In this document: positions 38,594-49,606 of the stretch, in pieces
How the letters are laid out: every line of letters begins with the position of its first letter
Position numbering within the stretch: the stretch's first letter is position 1
Virus record (IMG/VR): IMGVR_UViG_3300046007_008124
Span: 1 to 64,000 of that record
Source of the DNA: a virus
DNA length: 64,000 bases
Strand: one strand, 5' to 3'
Translations under genes and position numbers: made by a program
The notes under the pieces: model-generated
Database searches by the model: none
Told to the model about the DNA's origin: nothing
The model's input: the letters and a program-made list of their open reading frames with translations, nothing else

Positions 38594-39334
38594 ATGTTTG
38601 TAACAGTATGTAATAAAGAATACCTCATAGGATTTGAGGTAATGTTAAAATCTTTAATAGATAATAATCCAAGAGTTGTTACTGATAATTTACCATTTGT
38701 AATTATTACAAACGATTTAAACCCTGAAGATTTAGTCACCTCAAGAACAATTTATAATAATATACATATAAAAAGATTTGACGAATCAAAATATTCACAA
38801 ATAGAGGAATTAAAAAAACAACAAATGGCATTTGGTGATTATACCAAATATGAAATTTTTTCTTTGACCGAATTTAAAAAAATTATATTTTTAGACTCCG
38901 ATACAATAATATTAGGAAACATTGATTACCTTATTGATTTTAAAGAACCATTTGGTTGTGTGAGAGAATTATTTATTGATCAATATAACACCGGTGTTAT
39001 GGTAATCGAAAATAAATATTTAAATCCAAAAATTACAGAAGATTTAATCAATCTAACAAACATTTATGGTATTACAGAACATTTAGATCAGGACATAATA
39101 AATAATTATTTTATTGATGTTATCACGCCAATTCCATTGGAATACAACTATCTTAAAATATATTCAAAACAAATTTTTCAAAACACCGGACTTCCGGAGT
39201 ATATTAAAATAATTCATTATGTTGTTAAAAAACCTTGGCAACAAAAACCATTGGTAATATTAGAAGAAGGAACACTATGGACCGAAAGATATTGGTTTGA
39301 GTATTATTCAAAAGTACTAAAGTTAAAAATATAA
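38594..39334 (+). CDS. glycosyltransferase family 8 (glycogenin-like)
   Basis: FLDSD, NTGVMV, DQDIIN, IIHY..KKPW. Confidence 0.85.
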   Translation: MFVTVCNKEYLIGFEVMLKSLIDNNPRVVTDNLPFVIITNDLNPEDLVTSRTIYNNIHIKRFDESKYSQIEELKKQQMAFGDYTKYEIFSLTEFKKIIFLDSDTIILGNIDYLIDFKEPFGCVRELFIDQYNTGVMVIENKYLNPKITEDLINLTNIYGITEHLDQDIINNYFIDVITPIPLEYNYLKIYSKQIFQNTGLPEYIKIIHYVVKKPWQQKPLVILEEGTLWTERYWFEYYSKVLKLKI

Positions 39335-40242
39335 TGGTTAAAAGACATTACGGACAACACGAGCTATTGGAGTATGTTGAATTAGATAAAGACGCTCAAA
39401 CATTAGAAGGAAAAGTAATTTTAATGCACTTTGATTCTTTTTGTCTTGGCGATACAATTTGTTTTTCCTCTTTTATTGACGCTTTTCTTGATTATCACAA
39501 ACCAAAAAAAGTAATTATCTCAACATTTTTTATACACTTATTCAAATCAACGGATGAAAGATATGAATTTATTAACGCAAATCAAAAATTAAAATTAACT
39601 GTTGATAAATTAATTGATGTTGGTTACGATAAAAATAGTTTAGAAGATACAAAAGGTGGTATGATGTGGGCAACAAAAAGAACAATGATGTTACCACAAG
39701 AAACAAAACCTAGAAAATGTCCGGTTATTCCATATGAAAGAAAAATAATCCCAAATAAAATAACAATTGCACCAGAGTCATTAAAAAAAATTGCTCAGTG
39801 GAACCATTTTGGAAATTACGGTTGGCAATCATTGGTAAATGAAATTGTAAATTCTGGATTTGTGGTTTCAAATGTTTCATACGAAAATACAATGAATTTA
39901 CAAAATGTAACTGGTTTTCACGGTCACGATGATATTAGGGTTGCATTAAATGAAATTTTATCATCACGAGTATTTGTGGGATTATCTTCTGGACTTGCTT
40001 GGCTTGCTTGGGCTTACGGTGTTCCGGTTGTTATGATTTCTGGCTTTACAAAAGAACATAATGAATTTAATTGTTATAGAGTTACAAATAAACTTTCTTG
40101 TAATGGTTGTTTTAATTTATTTCAAAATATACAATCAACTTGTCCTTTATTTTTGGGTACCGATAGAGAAAATGAGTGTCATAAATCAATTACACCACAA
40201 ATGGTTATTGACAAAATAAACGAAGCTCTTAAATTTAATTAA
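39334..40242 (+). CDS. Aah/TibC-like (autotransporter strand-loop-strand) O-heptosyltransferase homologue
   Basis: LGDTI, QWN...GWQ, FVGLSSGLAWLAWA.GVPVVMISGFT...EF and the four-Cys iron-finger pattern CNGC...CP...ECHKSITPQMV. Confidence 0.8.
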   Translation: MVKRHYGQHELLEYVELDKDAQTLEGKVILMHFDSFCLGDTICFSSFIDAFLDYHKPKKVIISTFFIHLFKSTDERYEFINANQKLKLTVDKLIDVGYDKNSLEDTKGGMMWATKRTMMLPQETKPRKCPVIPYERKIIPNKITIAPESLKKIAQWNHFGNYGWQSLVNEIVNSGFVVSNVSYENTMNLQNVTGFHGHDDIRVALNEILSSRVFVGLSSGLAWLAWAYGVPVVMISGFTKEHNEFNCYRVTNKLSCNGCFNLFQNIQSTCPLFLGTDRENECHKSITPQMVIDKINEALKFN

Positions 40243-40247
40243 AAATT

Positions 40248-41132
40248 ATGGAAAAAAAATATAGTGTATTTCACATAGAGGGTGGTCTTGGTAAACATGT
40301 TTTAGCAACAGCAGTTGCAAGATGTATTAAAAATAATCATCCGGATAGAGAACTAATTGTTGTTTGTGCTTATCCAGAAATTTATCTTAATTTAGATTTT
40401 GTTAATCGTGTGTATAGATTAGGTAACACACCTTATTTTTATGACGATTATATAAATGAAAAAGATAGTTTAATTTTCAAACACGAACCGTACTTTACTG
40501 AAGATCATATTCATAAAAAATTATCATTAATCCAAAACTGGTGTAAATTATTTAACCTTGAGTATAGTAATGAAAAACCAGAACTTGTTTTTAATTTAAG
40601 ACAACAACAAATTGGTATTAATAAATGGCAAAGACAAAGACCAATTATGGTTATTCAAACAAACGGTGGACCATTAAATGACCAACCGTATCCGTATTCT
40701 TGGACAAGAGATATACCTATGGACACTGCTCAACAAATTGTAAATTCATTTAAAGACTATTATCATATAATTCAAATTTGTAGACACGAATCAAATGCTC
40801 TTCAAGGTGTTGAGGTAATTAAAGAACCGATGTCAAATATGGAATTATTTTCACTTCTTTTATTTTCACAAAAAAGATTGTTAATTGATTCTTGTTTACA
40901 ACATGCCGCAGCAGCGCTTGGTTTACAATCAACAGTTCTTTGGGTTGGTACATCACCAAAAGTATTTGGTTATAATTTACATAATAATATTGTAGCACAA
41001 CTACCAAACACAGTCAAACTTCCGGATAGTTATTTATTTGACTATAACTTTAATGGAATGGTTCACGAATGTCCGTTATTTGACACAAACATCTTTAACA
41101 TAAACGAAATAATAGAATCACTAAAAAATTAA
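40248..41132 (+). CDS. GT9-like GT-B glycosyltransferase
   Basis: GGLGKHV, LLIDSCLQHAAAALG...VLWVGTSP..FGY. Confidence 0.7.
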   Translation: MEKKYSVFHIEGGLGKHVLATAVARCIKNNHPDRELIVVCAYPEIYLNLDFVNRVYRLGNTPYFYDDYINEKDSLIFKHEPYFTEDHIHKKLSLIQNWCKLFNLEYSNEKPELVFNLRQQQIGINKWQRQRPIMVIQTNGGPLNDQPYPYSWTRDIPMDTAQQIVNSFKDYYHIIQICRHESNALQGVEVIKEPMSNMELFSLLLFSQKRLLIDSCLQHAAAALGLQSTVLWVGTSPKVFGYNLHNNIVAQLPNTVKLPDSYLFDYNFNGMVHECPLFDTNIFNINEIIESLKN

Positions 41133-41133
41133 A

Positions 41134-41952
41134 ATGGTACAAAAAATTTTCTTTCAAAGCTCACTACCTAGAGCAGGGTCTACATTACTACAAAATGTAA
41201 TGGGTCAAAATCCAGATTTTTACGTTACACCAACATCAGGTGTATTAGAACTTGTATATGCCGCAAGAGCAAATTACACTTCATCACCAGAATTTAAAGC
41301 ACAAGATACTCAACTAATGAGAGAAGGGTTTTTAAATTTTTGTAATCAAGGTGTTCAAGGTTTTTTTAATGCTGTAACGGATAAACCCTATGTTTTAGAT
41401 AAAAGTAGGGGTTGGGGTGTTCATTACGGATTTTTAAATTCATTTTATCCTAACCCAAAAGTAATTTGTATGGTTAGAGATTTAAGAGGAATTTTTGCAT
41501 CTATGGAAAAAAACTTTAGAAAAAATCAACATATGGATTCTGGAATTGTAAATCACGCACAAATGCAAGGAACAACAACAGAAAAAAGAATTGATATTTG
41601 GGCACAGTCACAACCGGTAGGATTAGCAATAGAAAGGTTACATCAAATTTTTAAAGAAGGTAACAATCAAAAAATGTTATTTGTTAAGTTTGAGGATTTT
41701 TCATCAAACCCAAAAAAAGAAATGGAACGTATCTATCAATACTTGGAATTACCTTATTATGAACATGATTTTAATAATGTTCAACAAATTACACAAGAAG
41801 ATGACAGTGTGTATGGAATTTATGGTGACCATAAAATAAAAAGTAAAATAGAACCATTAAAACCAGATTATAAAGAAGTTTTGGGTGTTAACGCATCTAA
41901 CTGGGTTAAATCTAATTATCAATGGTTTTATGATCAATTTGGATATTTTTGA
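41134..41952 (+). CDS. PAPS-dependent sulfotransferase
   Basis: 5'-PSB LPRAGSTLL, LDKSR, 3'-PB MVRDLRGIFAS, VKFEDF. Confidence 0.9.
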   Translation: MVQKIFFQSSLPRAGSTLLQNVMGQNPDFYVTPTSGVLELVYAARANYTSSPEFKAQDTQLMREGFLNFCNQGVQGFFNAVTDKPYVLDKSRGWGVHYGFLNSFYPNPKVICMVRDLRGIFASMEKNFRKNQHMDSGIVNHAQMQGTTTEKRIDIWAQSQPVGLAIERLHQIFKEGNNQKMLFVKFEDFSSNPKKEMERIYQYLELPYYEHDFNNVQQITQEDDSVYGIYGDHKIKSKIEPLKPDYKEVLGVNASNWVKSNYQWFYDQFGYF

Positions 41953-41955
41953 TTT

Positions 41956-42411
41956 ATGAAAGAGAAAAAAATATATTGGTTTACCGGACAACCTGGTGCT
42001 GGAAAAACGGTGTTATCTTTAAGATTAAAAAAGTATTTAGAACAAGAATATGGACAAGAAGTATTCCATATTGATGGTGATGAGTTAAGAGTTTTATTTA
42101 AAAACATAAACTACGGTAGAGAAGGTCGTGAGGAAAATATAAAAAGAGCTCAAGATATTGCAAAATTTATTCACTCACAAGGTTATGATGTAATTGTTAG
42201 TTTAGTTGCACCATATAAAGAAATGAGGGAAAGTTTTAAGTATGATTTAAAAAATTTACTAGTTGAGTTTTATGTTCACACAACAGACATTAGAGGTAGA
42301 GAACATTTTCACACGGATGAATATGAAGGTCCTACAGAAAATTTTGTAGATATTGATACAACAAATGTTGATCCACAAATATCATTAAACGAAATAATCA
42401 AACACATATGA
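41956..42411 (+). CDS. cysC: adenylyl-sulfate (APS) kinase
   Basis: WFTGQPGAGKT, IDGDELR, GREENI, VSLVAPY, YEGP. Confidence 0.9.
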   Translation: MKEKKIYWFTGQPGAGKTVLSLRLKKYLEQEYGQEVFHIDGDELRVLFKNINYGREGREENIKRAQDIAKFIHSQGYDVIVSLVAPYKEMRESFKYDLKNLLVEFYVHTTDIRGREHFHTDEYEGPTENFVDIDTTNVDPQISLNEIIKHI

Positions 42412-42860
42412 GTTGGGAAAAGAAAAATTATGGGGGGGATCCAACAACAAATGAAAGTAAAAAATATGCAATTTTTATTGGCCGTTATCAACCACCACAT
42501 TTTGGGCATTTAGAGTTATTTGAACAAAAACTAAAACAAGGAGTTCCAATTTTAATTATGGTTAGGGATATTGAACCAGATGAAAAAAATCCTTTTACAA
42601 CAGAGCAAACAGTGTTTTTATTGGAAAAATATTTTTCAAATAAAAAATTAGATGTTAAGGTTATGGTTATTCCTGATATTGAGTCGGTAAATTTTGGTCG
42701 TGGTGTTGGTTATGAGGTTAATGAATTTATACCACCAAAAGACATTGGTGGGATTTCAGCAACTGGAATTAGAAATTCCATTAAAAATAAAGATGATTAT
42801 TGGAAAAAAATGATAGACGAATCAATCCAAAACGATATTTTTAATTTTTTGACTAATTAA
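42408..42860 (+). CDS. HxGH nucleotidyltransferase (NadM/cytidyltransferase-like)
   Basis: FIGRYQPPHFGH, KNPF, ISATGIR; ATGA-coupled to cysC. Confidence 0.8.
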   Translation: MSWEKKNYGGDPTTNESKKYAIFIGRYQPPHFGHLELFEQKLKQGVPILIMVRDIEPDEKNPFTTEQTVFLLEKYFSNKKLDVKVMVIPDIESVNFGRGVGYEVNEFIPPKDIGGISATGIRNSIKNKDDYWKKMIDESIQNDIFNFLTN

Positions 42861-43676
42861 ACTATCAAACTCTGAAAAATTATTATCTTTTATTACAATA
42901 TAATTATAAATTTTTTCAGATGTTTCTTTTTTAAGTTCATTAATTCTTTGGTTTTTTTGCCACATATATGATGATTTTATTTCTATTACAATATTGGTAT
43001 TTTTAATTTTAAAATCCGAAAAATAATTGTGTGTTAAACCATTATCATCTACGTATTCAATTACCGGACCTCTTTCTAACATCGTAAACAGTCCAATTTT
43101 TTCACAGTATTTAATAAATTCTAACTCATAAGTACTTTGATAATCAATTCCTTTATATTGTTTAATTATGGTTTTTCCCCATCTGTTTTGTGGTTTTAAT
43201 ATACCAGTTTTATACGCCTTTTTAATTGACTCACTTAATTTTTTTTTAGTTTCTTCTGATCTTTTTGTACCCTTGTTTTTTTTAGCAATCTTTTTCCAAA
43301 CTTGTTTATTAATATTATTTTGTTTTGTTGAGTCCCAGGTAAATGGATTACCACGTTCTTCTAACATCTTATTTCGTGCTTTAATAAAATTTTCATTTGG
43401 TTCTACACCATACATACCATTTCTATTACCTTTATTCATACATTTAAAACAATAATCAATATTACCATTTATTCCACAAATTCTTTTTTCAAATGTGGCA
43501 CCACAATCATCACATTTTATTTTTAATTTTATTCTTCTGTATGATGTTGTTTTCAATAACGACCAATTTATAAAAAAAGGTTTATTTATTTCTGGAGTAA
43601 AACCTAGTTTTGTTTCCCAAGTTTTAAGTTTTAATTTAGATTTAATTTTTATTTCTACCATTTCATTTAGTACCAT
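42822..43676 (-). mobile_element. free-standing homing endonuclease (zinc finger, NUMOD3-like, TnsA-like PD-(D/E)xK domain)
   Basis: CDDCG...CFKC, GNRNGMYG, KRSEETKKKLSES, YQSTYE...YFSDF...IEIKS; opposite strand to the surrounding operon. Confidence 0.7.
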
Positions 43677-43796
43677 AATCTTTTTTTATTATAAATACTA
43701 CAAAATACAGATTAATACCAAGACAATTTGGTCACATTTAATTTTCTATTAATTTACATATAAATAATACATAATATTTTTATAAAAAAATGACTT

Positions 43797-44237
43797 ATGA
43801 AAACGCAGAGCAAAACATATCAAATTAGATATAATACAATTTCAAAAAACGATACCGAAAGGTGGAGATTAATAGAAAATGGAAATGAAATTTTAGTTTC
43901 TGATATTATAATTGATGGTCATACGTACACAACAAAAGACTGGATACCGGAAATAAATGATTATAAGTGGCACATAAGTTGTGTTGGTTATTGTGTTGTT
44001 AAAAACAATATTGCATATATCACAACAATAAAAGAAGAATCTGTTGTTATTAGACATATATTAAAAACACTAACATATAGATTTTTTGCAACAATTACAA
44101 CAATTACAACAGCATTATTATTAGGTGCATCAATTGAGGTTTCGTCATTAATTGGTTTAGGTGAATTACTAATAAAACCTATAATTTATTTTTTCCACGA
44201 ACGAGTTTGGTATAAATTTATAAAAGTTAAAAAATAG
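43797..44237 (+). CDS. DUF2061-domain membrane protein with N-terminal extension
   Basis: RHILKTLTYRFFAT...IYFFHERVW. Confidence 0.75.
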   Translation: MKTQSKTYQIRYNTISKNDTERWRLIENGNEILVSDIIIDGHTYTTKDWIPEINDYKWHISCVGYCVVKNNIAYITTIKEESVVIRHILKTLTYRFFATITTITTALLLGASIEVSSLIGLGELLIKPIIYFFHERVWYKFIKVKK

Positions 44238-44269
44238 TCTTATTTGTTGTATTTATTGTAAAACAATAG

Positions 44270-44689
44270 ATGAGTCAAAGTATTACAATAAATAGTGTTT
44301 TATATGATGGTGAGTTAGCAAGTATATTATTCAAACCAGACAATTCTGACGATGTAATTAATCTTGGTCTTGTTGAGTTACCTTTTACATTTTATCCTAA
44401 TTTATTAAGTCCACCAAGAGAAGTATATGGTAGTTATACAATTTTGGTTCAAGGTTCAAGTTGTTCAAAAACATTAAATGTTCCAAGACCAACACCTACA
44501 CCTACACCAACAGTTACTCCTACAAGGACCCAAACACCAACACCCACACCAACTAATACACCAACACCATCTTTTGATCCGTGTAAAGTACCAACACCAA
44601 CACCAACTAATACACCAACACCAACTAATACACCAACAGTAACACCAACACCAACAGTTTCTTGTACAAATCCATGTGGTTGTTTTTAA
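44270..44689 (+). CDS. small Pro/Thr mucin-like repeat protein
   Basis: [28 protein letters not shown]...[12 protein letters not shown]; upstream TATTTAT. Confidence 0.75.
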   Translation: MSQSITINSVLYDGELASILFKPDNSDDVINLGLVELPFTFYPNLLSPPREVYGSYTILVQGSSCSKTLNVPRPTPTPTPTVTPTRTQTPTPTPTNTPTPSFDPCKVPTPTPTNTPTPTNTPTVTPTPTVSCTNPCGCF

Positions 44690-44730
44690 CAACAACTTTA
44701 TAATAAAGACAAATGTTTTATAATTAATTA

Positions 44731-47700
44731 ATGCAACAAATAGAAATTACAGGAGTTACCGGAACAGGACCTTATCAAGTCGAAGTTTGTGATATAACAA
44801 ACACAACTTGTGTTGTTGTAACTGGATCAACAATTATTCCGCCAACATATACTTTTGATGTTCCACCACCATTTGTTGGTACAAACTCTTTATTAATCAA
44901 AATTACAGATTCATTAGGTTGTGAGGTATTCCAATACTACTCTTGTCCACCAACTCCCACACCAACACCAACTCCGACATTAACTCCAACACCTACACCA
45001 ACATATCTTTGTTATTGTATTACAGCAATTAACACAACAAATAATAATGGATATTTTAATTACATAGATTGTAATGGAAATTTACAATCATCTGTATTTG
45101 TTGCAAGTGGAACAACATATTATACTTGTGGGATTCACCCATCAAGTCAAATTAATGTAAAAACAACTGTTGGTGGGTTTTGTGATTCAAATCAGTCTTG
45201 TCCGACACCATCTTGTACTCCAACACCAACAAATACACCAACACCAACACCAACACAAAAAGGTAGGTTTAAAGCGTTATATAGAACAACAAATACCTCA
45301 TCTGGTTCATCTGGAGCAAGTCAATTAAGATTACCATTAGAATCAACTGGTAATTATAACTTTACGGTTTATTGGGGTGACGCGTCAAGTGATGTAATTA
45401 CAGTATGGAATGATCCATTAACAACACATACCTATGCAGCGCCTGGTGATTATCTTGTTGAGATTGATGGAACAATAGAAGGTTTTAGATTTGCAAATAC
45501 CGGTGATAGGAAAAAGATATTAAGTGTTTCAGATTGGGGTATTTTAAAATTTGGAAACAACGGTGATTACTTTTATGGTTGCTCAAATTTGACATTAAAT
45601 TCAGTTAATGATACTCCAGATGTTTCATTAACAACAAATATGTCTCAAGCATTTAGGGAATGTTCATCACTTACATCATTTAATAATTTAAATTCTTGGA
45701 ATATGTCCCAAGTAACTGATACATCATATATGTTTGCAATATGCCCAACATTTAATCAAAACATTGGTTCTTGGGATGTATCGTCTGTTACAAATATGCA
45801 ATCAATGTTTTATAATTGTTCTTTATTTAATCAAGATATTACAAACTGGAATGTATCAAATGTTGATGATATGTCGTATATGTTTTGTGAAGCGGCATTA
45901 TTTGATCAACCAATAACCGGTTGGTCGGTATCTGCTGTAACAAATATGGCTGGAATGTTTTCTGATGCAATATCATTTGACCAAAACATCGGAACTTGGG
46001 ATGTTTCAAATGTTAGTTTTATGAACAATATGTTTGAGGGTGTTGTATTATCAACACAAAATTATGATTCAATATTATGTGGTTGGTCTAACTTACCAAC
46101 ACTACAATCAAACGTTGTCTTTGATGGTGGTAACTCTCAATATACAACTTCAGCAGTAACTTGCATTGTAACATTGTCGACATCACCATATGATTGGACA
46201 ATACTAAATGGTGGTCAATCAAGATTTGAATCAACTTGGGATACAACATTAACCTCATTAGGTTCTTCATTAGGAAATCAAGTTATGTTACCTTTAGAAT
46301 TAACAGGGATATACAACTTTTTTGTTGATTGGGGTGATGGAAATTCGGATAATATTACGGTATGGAACGATCCGGCAACAACACATACATATGTGACATC
46401 AGGAATTTACACAATAAAAATATATGGGCAAATAGAAGGCTGGAGATTTAATAACACCGGTGATAGATTAAAACTGTTAAGCATTCAAAGCTGGGGGTCT
46501 GATTTCAGATTAGGTAATAATGGTTCATATTTTAATGGTTGTACTAATTTAGACTTAAGTGGTGTTTCAGATATTTTAGATTTACAAGGAACAACTACTT
46601 TATTTAGGACATTTAGAAACTGTGGTTCTTTAACAACTGTTTCTAATATGAATTTATGGGACACATCAAATGTCACAAATATGTCAGAAATGTTTATTAA
46701 TTCATCATTTAATCAACCAATTGGAACTTGGGACACATCTTCTGTTACAGATATGAGTAGTACATTTTTTAATGCCGCATCATTTAACCAACCAATTGGA
46801 ACTTGGGACACATCTTCTGTTACAACAATGTTTCAAATGTTTGCTTTTGCAACATTATTTAACCAACCAATTGGAACTTGGGACACATCTTTTGTTCTAA
46901 CTATGGGTGGTATGTTTGCCAACGCAACATCGTTTAATCAAAATCTTGGATCTTGGAACATAATATCTGTTACAGATATGAATGGTATGTTGAACAGTTG
47001 TGGAATGAGTTCAACAAACTACGATTCAACATTATGTGGTTGGTCATTACTACCAACATTACAAACTGGGGTTTTATTAGGCGCTTTAGGTTTATTTTAT
47101 TCACCAGCCGGTCTTACTTGTAGAAATATATTAACCGGAACATATTCTTGGGTAATAACCGGTGACAACCCTTTAGTAGTAACACCGTTTGTCTCAAATT
47201 GGGACACAACTCAAACAAGTGGTGGTTCATCATTAGCAAACCAAGTACAGTTACCATTAGATTTTAGTGGTACATATAACTTTACCGTAGATTGGGGTGA
47301 TGGGTCACCAATTGATACAATAACGGTATGGAATGATCCATTAACTTTACATACTTATGGTGTGTCTGGAACATATACAATAACAATTACAGGACAAATA
47401 GAAGGATTTAGATTTAATAATACTGGTGATAGAGATAAATTATTAAATATTACAAGTTGGGGTCCTAATTTTAGATTAGGTAATAATAATAGTTATTTTT
47501 ATGGTTGTACAAATTTAGATTTAAGTTTTGTTTCAGATATTTTGGATTTAACAGGTACAATATCAATGACTAATACTTTTAGAGATTGTACATCATTAAC
47601 AACAGTAAATAATATGAACTTGTGGGACACATCTTCAATTGTAAGTATGTCTAGTATGTTTCGTAACGCAACATCATTTAATCAACCAATTGGAACCTGG

Positions 47701-48312
47701 GATACCTCTTCCGTTACAACTATGGGTAGTATGTTTAATAATGCAACATTATTTAACCAACCAATTGGTACTTGGATTACATCTTTAGTTACAAATATGA
47801 CTCTTATGTTTGCTGGCGCAACATCATTTAACCAACCAATTGGAACCTGGGATGTATCTTCGGTTATAACTATAAATGCTATGTTTGATACTGCAATATC
47901 ATTTAACCAACCAATTGGAACCTGGGATGTGTCAAATATTACAGATATGAGCGGTATGTTTCAAAGTGCTACATCATTTAACCAACCAATTGGAACTTGG
48001 AATACATCGTTAGTTACAAATATGATTAGTATGTTTAATAATGCAACATTATTTAACCAACCAATTGGTACTTGGGACGTTTCATTAGTGACAAGTATGA
48101 ATAATATGTTAGATAATTGTGGGTTAAGTCAAGCAAATTATGATAACTTACTTATAGGTTGGTCAATATTACCATCACTACAACTTGGTGTTACACTTGG
48201 TGCTTTAAATATACAATATACACAACCACCAAGTGCTGTGGCTTTAGCTAGAAATACAGTTTTAATTGGAACTTATGGATGGACAATTGTTGGTGATATT
48301 CCGGTACCATAA
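44731..48312 (+). CDS. surface/virion protein with Pro/Thr linkers and three PKD-like + DUF285 (BspA-type) repeat units
   Basis: Three V(D/Y)WGD...HTY units, each followed by 25-aa [20 protein letters not shown] repeats (75-bp period). Confidence 0.85.
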   Translation: MQQIEITGVTGTGPYQVEVCDITNTTCVVVTGSTIIPPTYTFDVPPPFVGTNSLLIKITDSLGCEVFQYYSCPPTPTPTPTPTLTPTPTPTYLCYCITAINTTNNNGYFNYIDCNGNLQSSVFVASGTTYYTCGIHPSSQINVKTTVGGFCDSNQSCPTPSCTPTPTNTPTPTPTQKGRFKALYRTTNTSSGSSGASQLRLPLESTGNYNFTVYWGDASSDVITVWNDPLTTHTYAAPGDYLVEIDGTIEGFRFANTGDRKKILSVSDWGILKFGNNGDYFYGCSNLTLNSVNDTPDVSLTTNMSQAFRECSSLTSFNNLNSWNMSQVTDTSYMFAICPTFNQNIGSWDVSSVTNMQSMFYNCSLFNQDITNWNVSNVDDMSYMFCEAALFDQPITGWSVSAVTNMAGMFSDAISFDQNIGTWDVSNVSFMNNMFEGVVLSTQNYDSILCGWSNLPTLQSNVVFDGGNSQYTTSAVTCIVTLSTSPYDWTILNGGQSRFESTWDTTLTSLGSSLGNQVMLPLELTGIYNFFVDWGDGNSDNITVWNDPATTHTYVTSGIYTIKIYGQIEGWRFNNTGDRLKLLSIQSWGSDFRLGNNGSYFNGCTNLDLSGVSDILDLQGTTTLFRTFRNCGSLTTVSNMNLWDTSNVTNMSEMFINSSFNQPIGTWDTSSVTDMSSTFFNAASFNQPIGTWDTSSVTTMFQMFAFATLFNQPIGTWDTSFVLTMGGMFANATSFNQNLGSWNIISVTDMNGMLNSCGMSSTNYDSTLCGWSLLPTLQTGVLLGALGLFYSPAGLTCRNILTGTYSWVITGDNPLVVTPFVSNWDTTQTSGGSSLANQVQLPLDFSGTYNFTVDWGDGSPIDTITVWNDPLTLHTYGVSGTYTITITGQIEGFRFNNTGDRDKLLNITSWGPNFRLGNNNSYFYGCTNLDLSFVSDILDLTGTISMTNTFRDCTSLTTVNNMNLWDTSSIVSMSSMFRNATSFNQPIGTWDTSSVTTMGSMFNNATLFNQPIGTWITSLVTNMTLMFAGATSFNQPIGTWDVSSVITINAMFDTAISFNQPIGTWDVSNITDMSGMFQSATSFNQPIGTWNTSLVTNMISMFNNATLFNQPIGTWDVSLVTSMNNMLDNCGLSQANYDNLLIGWSILPSLQLGVTLGALNIQYTQPPSAVALARNTVLIGTYGWTIVGDIPVP

Positions 48313-48361
48313 CCATTTATTTATTTATTTCATTTTTTATTTTTATCTTAAAAAATATTAG

Positions 48362-49606
48362 ATGAATACCATATTTGTTCAAATCGCATCATTTAGAGAT
48401 CCCCAACTTAATCCGACAATTAAAGATATGTTGGAAAATGCCAAATACCCAGAGAATTTAAGAATAGGAATTTGTAATCAATATAATCCGGAAGACGAAT
48501 TTAATTTAGATAAATTCAGAGATGATGATAGATTTAGAATTGATGATGTTTTAGATAAAGATTCACAAGGTGTTTGTTGGGCTCGCCACAAAGTACAACA
48601 AATGTATAGTGGAGAAACTTACACATTACAGATTGATTCTCATATGCGTTTTGAAAAAGATTGGGACAAGACTCTAATTGAAATGTTAAAGGGGTTACAA
48701 GATAAAGGATATAAGAAACCATTACTTACAGGTTATGTATCTTCTTTTGATCCGGAAAATGACCCAAAAGGAAGAGTAACGGAACCTTGGAGAATGGCTT
48801 TTGATAGATTTACACCGGAAGGTTGTGTTTTCTTTTTACCTGAAACAATACCAGGATGGAAAGAATTAAAAGAACCAATTACATCAAGATTTTATTCAGC
48901 ACATTTTTGTTTTACATTAGGTGAATTTTCAGTTGAGGTTCAACACGATCCAAATTATTATTTTCACGGAGAAGAAATATCAATTGCTGTTAGGGCATAC
49001 ACTTACGGATATGATTTGTTTCACCCACATAAAGTTGTTATCTGGCACGAATATACAAGAAAGGGAAGAACAAAACATTGGGATGTTGATTCGGAGTGGT
49101 ATAAGAAAAATGACGCATCACATAAAAGAAATAGAGAACTATTGGGAATTGATGGTTTAGTATTTTCTGGTGATAGTTCATTATATTTTGGTACCGAAAG
49201 AACAATTAGAGATTATGAAAAATATTCCGGAATTCTTTTTGAGAAAAGAGCTGTACAACAATATACAATAGATAAAAAATACTCACCAAATCCATACGAA
49301 TATAAAACAGAAGAAGAATGGAAGGATAGTTTCCTTTCAATATTTAAACATTGTATTGACCTTTCATTTGATATGGTTAAAGAAACAGATTATGATTTTT
49401 GGGTTGTTGCATTTCATAATGGTAAAGATGAAACATTATATAGAAGAGATGCCGACCAAAATGAGATTGCAATGATGATGAAAGATCCAGATAGATATTG
49501 TAAAATATGGAGAGAGTTTAATACAACGGAAAGACCAAAGTATTGGGTGGTTTGGCCACATAGTACATCAAAAGGTTGGTGTGATAGAATAACTGGGAAT
49601 TTATGA
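48362..49606 (+). CDS. GT60-like polypeptide GlcNAc-transferase (Skp1-Hyp Gnt1 family)
   Basis: IFVQIASFRD, GVCWAR, LQIDSHMRF, FHGEE, YGYDLFHP. Confidence 0.85.
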   Translation: MNTIFVQIASFRDPQLNPTIKDMLENAKYPENLRIGICNQYNPEDEFNLDKFRDDDRFRIDDVLDKDSQGVCWARHKVQQMYSGETYTLQIDSHMRFEKDWDKTLIEMLKGLQDKGYKKPLLTGYVSSFDPENDPKGRVTEPWRMAFDRFTPEGCVFFLPETIPGWKELKEPITSRFYSAHFCFTLGEFSVEVQHDPNYYFHGEEISIAVRAYTYGYDLFHPHKVVIWHEYTRKGRTKHWDVDSEWYKKNDASHKRNRELLGIDGLVFSGDSSLYFGTERTIRDYEKYSGILFEKRAVQQYTIDKKYSPNPYEYKTEEEWKDSFLSIFKHCIDLSFDMVKETDYDFWVVAFHNGKDETLYRRDADQNEIAMMMKDPDRYCKIWREFNTTERPKYWVVWPHSTSKGWCDRITGNL

